This document shows, piece after piece, positions 1-11,805 of a stretch of 64,000 bases of DNA. The first letter of the stretch is position 1. Every line of letters starts with the position of its first letter. The notes beneath the pieces are model-generated. The model ran no database searches. It was not told the DNA's origin and saw nothing but the letters and a program-made list of their open reading frames with translations. The position numbers and the translations under genes are program-made. Source of the DNA: Macrostomum hystrix (taxonomy: Eukaryota > Animalia > Platyhelminthes); assembly GCA_950097015.1 (NCBI GenBank), contig CATNEN010000038.1, forward strand, positions 13,330,001 through 13,394,000. Reading direction: 5' to 3'.

Positions 1-303
1 TCTCCCAGACCCGCCATAAATCTCTTGGCGTTCAGTGATTTCTCAAACTTTCAATAAAGAGAGGAGGCGCAGTGTCTTTAATCATTCGTCCAACTTTCTT
101 AATTATCAATCCCCGCTATATCAAAGTCTAAATTTCTATCATCTGCTAAAGTACGGCCCATTTCAATAAGCCATATATTTTAACAACGCAAAGGAAATGG
201 ACCCTCTGCACTGCATGTGGAGAGAACTTAGATAAGACAATCTCAGCTGGGCCATGTACTCGTACATTAAACAAAAGGCAGGGGCTGGCCCGCTATACCC
301 CCT

Positions 304-2751
304 TTAAGTCACAGACACTCAGGCTAAGAGAACCCCCTCCCCCTCGATTTTTATCGATCGGGCGGCACAGCCTTGAGGCTTTATGTATATTCAAGCCTCA
401 ATAGACAGAAATCTCGTCCCCACAAAGCACAAACAAACACTGACAAAATGCATGGAAGGCTGTAGCTTGTGTATTTTATTTCTAATTCAAACTTCAACTA
501 ATGAAATTTTGGTTTCAATTTTCATGTGATGCAAAATAAGTTGATCGCAAAAAACAGGATGATCTTTTATTAATTACTGCTTACTTCCCATTCATACTTC
601 ATAAGATAATTAAACTTTCCAAGACTAAAGCACCATATTCATTTCAATGCTGGGCACACAATTTATATGCGAAACTTACATGCGATTACTTAACCATTTT
701 AGCACAATTTTCACTCAAGGTTGCATTATTTGTGTGGATGAAAAAGATCACGTTTTATAAATGAAAATCAATACTGTACATCTGAAATGTGATGCACAGC
801 TTCAAGTGACATGTCATTGTCTTGGAAACATCTAGACGCATCTATTGATACCATTTTCAATGACATTGGGCAGAGAACAACATTTTCTTAGAGTAAACTC
901 GAAAATGCTGCTTCTCTTAAAAGTACTGCATCGTGTACTGACGCTCAATCAATGTTCACAGGCAGGCATGGGTGCTGTTATTTTGAAGAGGGCCCTAAAT
1001 GCTATCCAAACTTGATTCAAGAAATTGCACTACATGAGTAATCTTATGAGAAATTGGCATAGGCCCCGGGTGTCAAAATTGCTGCAATGTGCCTTCCATT
1101 TCGAAAAATCGAATTTTCCAACACTAATGCAGCTGCTCATCGGATGCAGCATAGCATTGGGTAAATTTCGTCTCTGTACATCAAAAAAATTCGCAGGACC
1201 GTTTTTACAAAATTTACCTTTAAAGGTTCGAAAAATGGCATGATTTATTCTATCTCTACGAAAACAACACGTTTTCAAACTGCAAATAAAGATTTAGCAT
1301 CTTGAATGTGACGCTGACTTTAAGTTGACATGTCATTCTCCTTCAAACATCCACATGCGTCTATTGACACCATTTTCAGTGCGACAAAGTGCACTATCGT
1401 AGAAGCAGAAATGGCAAACTTTTTCTCTCATACGTACACCTGTACAGGTACATATTTTAGTACAGATGGCCAACTACTGAATGTGTGTACACGAGTCTAG
1501 TATCAAATGAAAGAGGGTCCTAAATGCAATTCAGCAACGCTAAGCGCAACACCAGCGGATGCAGCAATCAAAAGTTATGACTGATCCGTTTTGCATGTTT
1601 TAGCCTCCCGGGTGGTCAAAATTTGGGATTTTCGCATCCACCCTCGGGGCAAGTGGATGCTTAGAAAATTCAAAATATACATTTTGTGCGCACTTCTGTT
1701 GCGCTTCTAAAAACTGAAGCCGCATTCAAATCGCACACCAAATACGTTCTGGCCATGCAGTTTTGTACCTCGAAAAATGACTAAAAATGACCAAAATCAC
1801 GTTTTTGGGATTTAATTACCCACATCTTCGGTAAACAACATCCAATCAGTCTGAAACCAACATTTTCGGATAGGCGACACCCAAGAAAGTTGGTTGACAT
1901 CTGTTGAAATACAATTCAAGTCACATGTTTGTGTCACAGAGGCGTCCAAAGTGCACACTGTACTAAAAGTACTTTAAAAGTGCACATTTTTTCAATCACA
2001 AAAGTACACGGTCTAAAAATTTCTTCACCATCAAGTAGGCCCATGTGTTGGGGTTACGACCCAGCAAGTCAAAGTTAAAAAACATGCACATTTTTTCCAC
2101 CTCAAAAACCCGTTTTTTGACCCTTTGACCCAGAAGAAAATCCATATCAAATCATTGTAGGCTTCTATAGCCCGCATCGACTGGATAGAGTCACTTGGCG
2201 ACACCATAAAATGCCGAGAAAAGCGCCGAGAGACCGATTTTTGTCATGTCCAAAAAAGTCTTGTTTTTGGTTGCCATGGCAACGCTTTCACTTCAGTACA
2301 TAGACCCAAGTCTTTTACATGTTTTGCAAAAAACGCATCCAAATCGGTTCAACTGGGCAAAAGCGGCAATCGGTTAAAGTTGAAAAACGTCCTTTCCTAT
2401 CCCGACACGTTGGTTACATCGATCTTATCAAGATGAGATATCGCATCCGTAATGACCAAGAGAAAGACTCGCTTCCTCTTGGCCATTACTGGCTCACTCA
2501 TCCCAACTAGGAAATCTGATTCAATTCAAATTGAAGCCAATACGTGTGGCCATAAGTCGTGGCAGTTCTGGAACAAGTGTCTGGTGAACAGCTGGGGGAC
2601 CGATATGGAATGCCAATTTGAAACGCCATTGAAATCAATTGAAAATGCTTCTCCGAAAAAAGTAGACTCCATTTCTCTGCACAATTGGATTTCCACCAAA
2701 TTCAATGTGCATGCATGGAATGTAGGCGCATTGAGATGTGTGACGGCTTAA
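304..2751. repeat. Possible non-autonomous DNA-element relic with an internal imperfect ~520-bp direct repeat
   Basis: Blocks 779-863 and 1298-1381, ~989-1015 and ~1513-1540, and 1141 and 1556 are mutually similar. Both ends carry TTAA with a weak inverted match (ttaagtcacagacactca versus tgagatgtgtgacggcttaa). No credible ORF. Confidence 0.3.
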
Positions 2752-2994
2752 GTATAGATATGTTTCTCTGGAGAGCCGCTGTGCTCAGCTAAACATTGGC
2801 CTCATGTGGTAAAATAATTGTGAAATTTATTTCTCGCTTCCAGTCCAGATGCTATAGTTGTAGCAGTAAATTCACTTCTTTCTTTTAACTCTTAATATTT
2901 AAAGATTCAAATGGTACTTTTATTTCCCCCCTTACCGCTAATTTGTCTATGACCCTTGCTATCGTTAGGTACAGTCGCTCGGTTAAGACTTAAA

Positions 2995-3359
2995 TGTAAC
3001 CCCACGACAAAACTAAATAAACAAGCTCAAGGGTTTGCCGACTCTTGAATTCAAGAGTCGCAAGAGTTTTGTAGCAAGAGTTTTGTAGCAAGTCAGCTAC
3101 ATAATTCCGGCTGGCGTGGAATAAAGCAGTTCTGTGCGGCAATTCTGTGGGGTTTGGATGCTGCCGATATGTTTAGAAAAATAAATTCCATTGCTGACAC
3201 GCGGCTGTCAACCGGTGTCCGAGAGAGCCGGGGAGTACATTAGGTGTGCAGTCCCCACCTGCTAGTGTGCCTGACACACAACACCTGCACTGGCCCTTGG
3301 GTCTAGTGTCAATTATTATTATTATTATTAGCTACAAAATTGGTAGCAGAGCGTGGTTT
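2995..3359 (+). mobile_element. 5' LTR fragment (TGTA...TACA) followed by a tRNA-iMet primer-binding site
   Basis: TGTAAC at 2995, AATAAA near 3120, GCTACA ending 3336, then TGGTAGCAGAGCGTGGTTT (3341-3359), which is complementary to a tRNA-iMet-like 3' end (AAACCACGCUCUGCUACCA). Confidence 0.6.
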
Positions 3360-3430
3360 GACTGCGTGCTGTGTGATTTGTCGCTCGGGCATTTGAGGCA
3401 TTTCATCGGGTTGCCGCTGTTGATTCCCAA

Positions 3431-3801
3431 TGTGTAAGTTGATTCTTCATAAATTCTTCATAACAGTATTGTTGTATTCTTGAAGTAACGAATACAGAGA
3501 TTCCAATTGTAGTGTTGGTAAATGTAAGTATAGCGCCGAAAGGAGCACTCGGCAGTCGACTGGATAAGCGTATATTTGTAACAGCAGTATTATTAAATAC
3601 TGGAAAGTTCTTGAGTGTGTGCACCGCGCGGGGGTTTCTATTTATAGCCTGGGGAGCGAGTGGGAGAACTTTCTAGAAAGTTCTCATAGATAGCCCGCAG
3701 GGGAGGCGCAGAGAAGATTCTGGAAACAACAGAGTGTTATAACAAGTGGTAGAAAGTTCTAGAAAACTATTTACGGAATTATCGTAACGAAACCCACAAC
3801 A
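3431..3801 (-). mobile_element. Probable second LTR fragment in the opposite orientation
   Basis: The minus strand starts TGTTGTGGG at 3801, contains TATAAATA and repeated TTCTAGAA motifs, and ends CA near 3431-3433. No TSD found. Confidence 0.35.
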
Positions 3802-4474
3802 AGGATGACCATGTTGTCCCCTCTGAAACTCACTTTGAACTTTGACTGCCATTGCAGGATATTAGATTCAGGAATTTTGCCTCATCTCCTGCTAGCATTC
3901 AGAGTAATATTTTTTTATTTAATATTTTCGAGACAGGTTAATTGAATAGGGCCTAACATCATAAAGCATTACTTTGGGTGAATTTTTTATGCACCTTATA
4001 TGAAATTTAAAATGGTTTAAATAATTTAAAATAATTGATTATGTAGAATGTGCATTGAACTTTCAGAGTCGACTAGTTTATTATGCCAATATTTGAGAAA
4101 AGAATTAGGTCTGTTTATTAGGTCTACATATAGGCCTGAATATAGGGCCTATAAGTTTTTTAACCATGGATCAGAGGGTCATAGAATCAAAAAACTGATC
4201 TCAACAAGTAACATGTTTCCAAACTTATTGTTGAACTGTAGGTCATAACTTTATTAGCTCTTCTTCCCAAACTGGCCCATTATCCCATTACACAAAAATT
4301 ACAATCACTTATATACACAGAGAATTCTGAGAATATGTTTTTAGAATGAGCAATACTTACAAAATTGAAAATATTTTACATAGGCCTATAACTAGGCCCT
4401 AGGCCTAATATTTGACACAGTTTGTGCATTAAAAATATACATACGAATTTGATTTTTAATATTCGTATAAGCAT

Positions 4475-5252
4475 GGAAATGCTTATTCCCATGGTCCCGT
4501 GCCGATAATTTCAATTTTATCCACATGGATCCGTGCCGATAATTTTCTGCTTATCCACATGGCAGCTTGTATGAATAGGTCTACTTTCAAGTCCCTTCCA
4601 ATTCTTCTCTGAGCATTAAGGCTTTGCTTCAGATTATAGTGTATAGTGTACACTATCAATGCATAGTGTAAAAGAATAACAATGATGTATAATATGTGTG
4701 ACAAGTTTGGTGCTGACTAGAATTCTGCTGGTTGACTTGTATGATTTTCTTTGATAGACTTCTTACTTTTTAAGTCAATACAATTTGAATGAAAACGCAT
4801 AACGATAACAAAAGATTTAGTAAGTTGTTATTACAAAAATTAAAAAGGTTGACATTAATGTTGGTTAATGAATGTGTCGGTCAAAATGTAGAACACTATC
4901 ATAACACACTGGCAACTTTGTCAATCTATTGGCTCGAGGGTTCAACAAAACGTTCAAACCCGAAAGGGTCTTTTTTCAAAGAACAGAACCGTGTGGATAA
5001 AATTGAAACTAATGGCACGGCATATTTATATAAAGAGTTTTAGACCTGTTCATACAAGCCGCTGTGTGGATAAGCAGAAAATTATCAGCATGGCTTGGTG
5101 TGGATAAAATTGAAAATAACGGCACAGCATATATAAAGAGTTGTAGACCTATTCATACAAGCTGCCATGTGGATAAGCAGAAAATTATTGGCATGGATCC
5201 GTGTGGATAAAATTGAAATTATTGGCACGGGACCGTGGGAATAAGCTCTGCC
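4475..5252. mobile_element. MULE-like MITE, copy 1 (long TIRs, degenerate 9-bp TSD)
   Basis: ~110-bp TIRs (gcttattcccatggtcccgtgcc ... ggcacgggaccgtgggaataagc). Flanks tataagcat and aataagaat match 7/9. A near-identical copy lies at 42447-43139. Confidence 0.8.
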
Positions 5253-7463
5253 AATAAGAATTATAAGTAAAGAGCTGGATTCTAATCTTTATTTTCTTCC
5301 ATCTTGTCTAAAATTAACTTGAATTAAGTTATGGATTTAATTATTAAATTAACTTAGTGAACTGCTCCACAAAATTCCAGGCAAGAGTTAAACCAGTGCT
5401 ATTGATGGCTTGTTTAGTTGGTGGCAAAAATGTGTTCAGCTTGGTTGCTACTACCTTGAGAAGGCTAGCATGTCTACCAATTAGTATAGAATTTTTCATT
5501 TTCTATGATTACAATTAAATTCTGGATGTTTACTAGAACAACTTATCTGTTTGTTGCGTCCCATGTTCCACTGCAATATTTGCTTGGTAGTCAATATACT
5601 TGTAAATATATTGTTGAGGTTCTGTTACTTTTTCATTCCTAAATTTAATTTTTATTGTCAATTTAAAAGATGCTTGATTTTATATAAAGACAGGACTAGC
5701 CACAATAAAACTATAAAATTGCAATTTTTGGACATTCATAACAAAGTATATGATAAAAATAAAACTACTATTTGGGATATCCCTTGTATATTGGTATGAT
5801 AGCAATTTAATCTCATTTCAGTTAAGGCTAAGTTGGCCATCTCATCTGCTCATAAAGTTTACTTGCCTAAAAATAAGTCAACATGTTTCTGGCAGACAAG
5901 ATGGCAACAGACAAAGAGACCTAAATCCAAGCATCCCTACTACACAACTTTAAGTTTTTTTACTTTTGGCTTGTAGGGAGCTTGCACATGCAATCTTAAA
6001 AAAGTGCATCCAAATTTCATTTTTAGGTTAATACAATACATTTATAGACTAATAGAATCTAAAAATGCTACTAGTTTTTAGTCTTGTAGTGTGTTGTTTT
6101 GAAAATCTACTCCTGGCCTTGCACATAAATGTAACCAATGTGCAAGCAGCAAAACAACAAGATTTAGATAGGCCACTAGATCAATAAATGTCTAGTTGTG
6201 CTGTCGACTTTGATAGTTTTTCTAATTCTCATAGAGTGATTGAAGTTTTCAGCACATTGACCTTGTATTAGCTCAACCAGCTACTCAAAAGCACAGTGCT
6301 TTGCCTCATTATTCAATTCAATAATCATCTGTCACATCAAGCCTTAGCTAAACCTTAGCTTGGCAGGTATGACCATGTTGTCCCCTCTGAAACTCACTTT
6401 GAACTTTGACTGCCATTGTAGGATATTAGATTCAGGAATTTTGCAGCATGAATAGCCCTTTTCATTTTTTTCATTCTGCAGAAAAGGATTTGCAAAAGTA
6501 AAGCCTTGCTATTAGTTCTAGGTGTTGCTAAACAATCACCACAAGTTGAAGGGTGCAACTTTCTCTCATCATAAAAAAAGTAAATTTCTAGAAAAAAAAT
6601 CTTTTTTTCCTTGAATGAATAAATAAATCTAGAAATACTAGCTAGATCTAAGTATATGATCTCATGGTTAAATCTAATTTAAGCTAAGCCTACATATGTC
6701 TGATCTGTGACTGTAAAACTAATTTTATTTTATTTTTTGTAGTTGGGATGCTTTTATCACTTTTAAAGTCAAATTCGTACCTATGCTCTTTGTTTAAATG
6801 CACTGAATATTGTTTATATGTAAAATATTATAAATATTCTGTCAAATTCATTCACTTTAACAAACATTTTTGTGTATACAAACGATAGCAATTTCTGTGA
6901 GACAAATCAATGTGCCAGTGTGGAAAAAAAATAAGCTATAATTGAGTAAGAAGGTAAAATAGTTTTTAAGTGTTAAGTTGGTTATTTGAGGCTATGACCC
7001 TCTGATCCACGGAAAATGCCCAGCAAAGACTGGAGAATAAGAGACCAGTGCCTTAGAAGGATAAACCTCTCGTGCCAAGTGATACGCTACCAAGAGAGAG
7101 GAAAATAGAGGTTTAAGCCCTGTTACATTTTATTTTATTTTCTCTGCTGCTTAATTTTGCATAAAATCAAGCAAATAGCCTACATGAAAATTTTTTATTG
7201 AATTATAAATATAGTTATTTGCAATGAAAATGTAAATTCTTTGTATGCAAATTAATGCTGTTTGTGTACTATGCTTGAAAAATAAAGCATGCAGCTTGAC
7301 CTAGATAAAAAGGACATTATTAGTTGGCAAGTTTACATTAAACAGTTGCTTTTGTTGCTGTGAATAAAATAGTTGTTACGGGAATATTTACATAGATTCA
7401 GTATAAAAATGAACAATAAATTGTGCTTCGCTTTTCAAATAGAATCATTTCTCTATATTTCAG

Positions 7464-10400
7464 ATGGCAGCTCAATCAATTGAGGCTTTACCTGCACCAG
7501 ACCCCACTTCTTTGACACGCAAATCAACAATGCGTGAGGGTAGCACTGTCATGCTGCGCAAGCTAGTAAAGGGCCGCAAGTTCTACTATCGAGTGGAAGT
7601 TCTGCAGAGTGGCAGCTCAGTGTTGCTTAAAGGAATGCAGGTGAACTTGTCAGACCTGGCAGGCTACGAGTTCGGTACCCTGTTTAAGGTATCCGATGGC
7701 TGCAGCAGCCTCCAACCAGTTTCAGATGCTGCTGAATTCGACCAGTTCGAAGATCTGCTGGTGTCCGAGATCAGCTCGCAGAATCCGGCCACTGGGGATC
7801 CAGTGACAGACAGAGACAACAGGTTAGAACGCTCTGCCTAAATAGCCGACGCGGCTCAGAAAGGACTGATTTTGTAGATATTAGAAGAGTTATCCAGATA
7901 TTAGAGGAATTCTGCTCAGTTATTAGAGGAGTTCTGCTTCGTTGCAGTTGCAGATTTAAAGTACGAAGTTTGCGCAAGAGCGGTTTAGTGTTGTTCGAAA
8001 ATACGAGTACGTGAGGCCGCAGCCGACTTAGGTCAACTGGGTGGGTGCAGCTATCAATTGATTGCAGATTTGAACCGTTGCTTCCCACAGATGTACAAAT
8101 CAAGGACAGCGAAGGCAGTTAATTACATGAGCCAATCAGCAAGTTAGTGAGCAAGAGATATTCGAACATTACATTTCTCCTCAAAAAAAGAAAGGTCGAA
8201 AAGGAAATAAAAGCTACGAAGAATATTGATGAGATAGAAGGGGATGCACCGGCCGCGACGGTTGGATCGTCGGAATGCGATCGTTTAGATCTCTGCTCAT
8301 AAGTAGCTCGGCGGGCGCCACTGAGTGCGGTGTGACGCGGTGGGCTAGCAGTCAGTCGTCCAGCGCAGCTCGCCAATTGCGACCCTCTGCGATGTCCGCC
8401 CTGATGACCTTGTTGATACACCTGTTGACTCGCTCGGTCACTCCGTTCGACTCCGGGTGCAGCGTGCCGATCCAGCCATGCTCGATGCCGAACTCCGCGA
8501 GGAAGCTGCCGAAGTTGAACGGCAGCCCGTTGTCGCTGGCGTTTTCGATCGGAACGCCGTACCTGCTGAACAGAGTCCGCAGGTGCAGAAGCACCGCTTT
8601 TGTTGATGTTGAGATGACGATATCGACCTCGGGAAACTTCGAGTAGTGGTCGGTGGTCACGAGGAGCACTTCCCCTGAACTGGGCCGTACAAGTCCATTT
8701 CAAGCCATGCACCGTTAGGAAGCTGCGTCGGCTTGAGCGGAGGCGGCGCGAGGCTCTTCGGCGATGTCGCTTGTCAGTGGAGGCAGGACTGGACGAAAAT
8801 CTGGCAGTCATTTCTCATGCTTGGCCACCAGACCTTGGTCTGAAGCCTGTCCATAGTCTTGCGCCAACACTGGTGGCCTGTGTGGGCCAGCACCGTCCGA
8901 CGCAATCTGCTTGGGATTACGATTGACGAACCGCGGAGCAGCACGTCGTCGTGTTCGGAAAGCTCCTGCTGAAGGCATGCCAAGGCGCGCAGCTTTCTGG
9001 ACTGATTGTACCATTGGCCGGTTGGCAGAGATAATAGAGCTGTCACGGAGTTGACTTCCGCTGTTGGATGCTGGATGTGTAGGATTTCCATGCTGCGGTG
9101 TCACGGTGTCATGGCCAAGCAGCGTTGTTCCGCTGCCCTTGGTGATGTAGAGCAGCAATCGCTGGCTGATTCGCTCGCATGACGCTTTGCATTGCGCTGT
9201 ACACCTGAGCTTTGCTGAGGTGGTGGTAGTTCTACTCGCTCATGACTTTGCAGCTGGCTCTGCTGTCCACCAGTACGACGAAGTCCTTGTTCTCGATACG
9301 CAGGCGAGTATTCGCAGAGTTGAGCCTTTGTGCCGGCTTTGGCAGCTGTATGGTGATGGCTTCTTCCTCCCGAGAGTCGGGATCAATAAGCACCGGCTCG
9401 GCGTTGCTGTCGGCTAGAGCGTTGACGCTGGAGCCGGGCTGCGGCCTCGCTGTCTGCAGGCTTTGGCTAGGTGGTTGGGTTTGCCGCAGCGGATTTTGCC
9501 TCTAGCGGCATCGCACGAGCTGTGTCCGCGCTCGCCGGTTGCAGGTGGCGGGTCTGCTGCTGTTTGGGACGCTCGTAGCTCGCTGATTGTTTGGCCGAGG
9601 TGCTCTGTACTGCTTCGGCGCAGCCCTGTGCACCGCCGCGACGCTGCCTGAGGAGTTTCGATAGCTGTGGCTTGCTGCTCTTCCGCTTCGAATGCTCGAA
9701 CATGCTTTAATGTGTCGAAGAGTGGAATGTCTGATTCCTGCAGCAGCTGCCGGCGGAGTCTGTCAGCAGCATGTCGCCTCGATTTGGTCTCTGATGAGTG
9801 AGTCCTTGAGCGTTGAGAACTCGCAGGGTTCGTGAGGCCCCAGCTGCACCAAGCGCGCGTCCTTTTATTTAGGTCAACCAGTTGGGGTGCAGCTATCGAT
9901 TGGCTGCAGCCCTGCACACACAAATGTGCATATCAAAGGCAGCGAAGGCAGTTAATTTCATGAGCCAATCAGCAAGTAAGTGAGCAAGAACATGAGAACA
10001 TTACAGCAGATATTGGATGAGTTCTGCTTAGTTTCAGTCCATTTTTAGACTCTGCCCTTTTTAGACTCTGCCCGCGCCTAGTTTTAAGAATCATAAGTTG
10101 GTGTAGCTGCAGCTGCTCGAATTTTTTACCTCGTCCTGTCAACTATCAGGCACATTGTGGACTCGACGAGAAACCAGACGCTGACCCCAGACGAGCTGGC
10201 CAGCCTCCGCGACTCTGGCCAATCCGGCCGCTCCGTCATCGAACACCTGATCGATCGCAGTGCCAACTTTGACCAGAAGACCAGCTTTTCCCAGGAGAAG
10301 TATGTGCGCAAAAAGAAGGAGAAATATTTGGACTACGTGGCCGCTCTGCCCCCAACCGTGCGACACCTGAGTGAGATGCGTGGCCGTGGTTGGAATCTGC

Positions 10401-11323
10401 GCTTCGATATGCTGAGCCAACTGCTTGCCTATGCCAATGTGCACTGCGCCAGCCGAGCCTTGATTGTAGACGACTCCTACAATCTGTTGCTTACCCAGGC
10501 TGTCTGCGAGCGCGTTGCTGCCAGCAGCGGCGGCCGCGCCTGCCTTCTGACGGCTTGCCCTGTGGCTATTGCGGGTTCGGTTGACCGGTTGCGCAACAGG
10601 TGTGCACAGAGCTGCTGCTGCTTCGACAGCGAGGCTCAGCTCGATTTTCTGTCTTTAAAGCATGTACGACCGGCTTTGCGGCTGCGGAGACTTCGCCTTG
10701 CTCATGTAGGTTCGCTAATAAATGCTGCGCCTAGCTCTTATCGGTACTTTGTGCCTAATTCCGTTTTTTCTTTGGGTTCTGAGGACATTTAAGGTATTTA
10801 AAAATATTTTTCATAATCATTGGCTTTTTTTTCGAAGGCTGCAAACACGCGTGCCGAGATGTCGACAGCTGAACCGCTGCCTAAGCGAACCAGGATTGAA
10901 GACTGCTTCCAGCGTGCGGATCCCCAGACAGATTCGAGCAATGAGGCTGACTCTCTGCTGGCCAATTATGAATGGGACTGCCTCCTGGTGGCCAGTAAAT
11001 CTAACCCAGTTTCTCTGCTTCCACTGCTGGACCTGCTGTCCCCAGGCCAGCCGTTTGTCTTCCACTCGCTGCACCAGGACGCGCTGGTCTCACTGGCCCG
11101 CGAGCTGACCGCGCGCCGGCTCGCCAGCGCCGGCCCACTGCTACTGTTCGACTCATTCTGCCGGCCTTGGCAGATGCTACCGGACAGATGTAGGCCAGCG
11201 ATGCGAATGCAAGCCGTCGGAAGCGGCTTTGCTTTAGTTGGCCGACGGTCCGGTGATGGCGAATTCCAGGACGAAGAAGACGACAGCGATGGTGGAGACG
11301 GTCGTAGAGACGGAAATGAATAG
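7464..11323 (+). CDS. TRMT6: tRNA (adenine-58 N1)-methyltransferase non-catalytic subunit; exons 7464-7822, 10150-10705, 10838-11323
   Basis: The spliced frame reads DNRHIVDSTRNQTLTPDEL...LIDRSANFDQKTSFSQEKYVRKKKEKY...LRFDMLSQLLAYANV...RPWQMLPDRCRPAM, all Gcd10/TRM6 family motifs. GT-AG junctions are phase-compatible. Confidence 0.9.
7955..10005 (-). mobile_element. Internally deleted Ty3/gypsy-type LTR retrotransposon in TRMT6 intron 1
   Basis: Diverged LTRs at ~8010-8173 and ~9830-10005, both starting TGTAATG on the minus strand. PPT GAGGAGAAA lies next to 8173. Gag relic with a zinc-knuckle (RCGKPNHLAKAC) at 9414-9923. Integrase relics at 8774-9091 and 8352-8669 (SDNG...F, HPESNGVTER). 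No RT/RNase H. Left boundary approximate. Confidence 0.85.
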
Positions 11324-11805
11324 CTTAAATTAATCTGTGTGAATAGCATTTTTACTGACCAGTTTTTTAATGCCCGCCTGCTTATAAATGATTCACCTGC
11401 ACACACCCATCTGTGTCGTTAAGCAGCATCAGAGCCTGCCTGGAGTTCGAAACTTTTCGAAATCGTGAAAAACTGAAGCCGATTGTAAAAATTGGAATTT
11501 TGAATTGGCTCGACGAAATAAATGCCTGTAGAATTCTACAAGCACTATAAAAATACAAATGCAAATCAATGCAAGCCTAAAACCATATTCTGTCTTTTGA
11601 ATCAGACTGTTACCATGGAATTTTGGATGAGATTTCTTTTGTTATTGACGGACTGGTTTAATTGAGAAATTTTGTTGAGTGGCGCAATACTCGTAGCAAC
11701 CCTAATATAGGGAACTTATAAGTTTTTTAGGAACAAACTATGTACGTGCGAAATCTAAATATATGCATATATATGCGGTGGCTATTGAGCAGCTGACCAT
11801 AGATC

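Noticed and set aside
3341-3359. tRNA gene
   Set aside because: Only the 19-nt complement of a tRNA 3' end, including CCA, is present. This is a retroelement PBS, not a gene.
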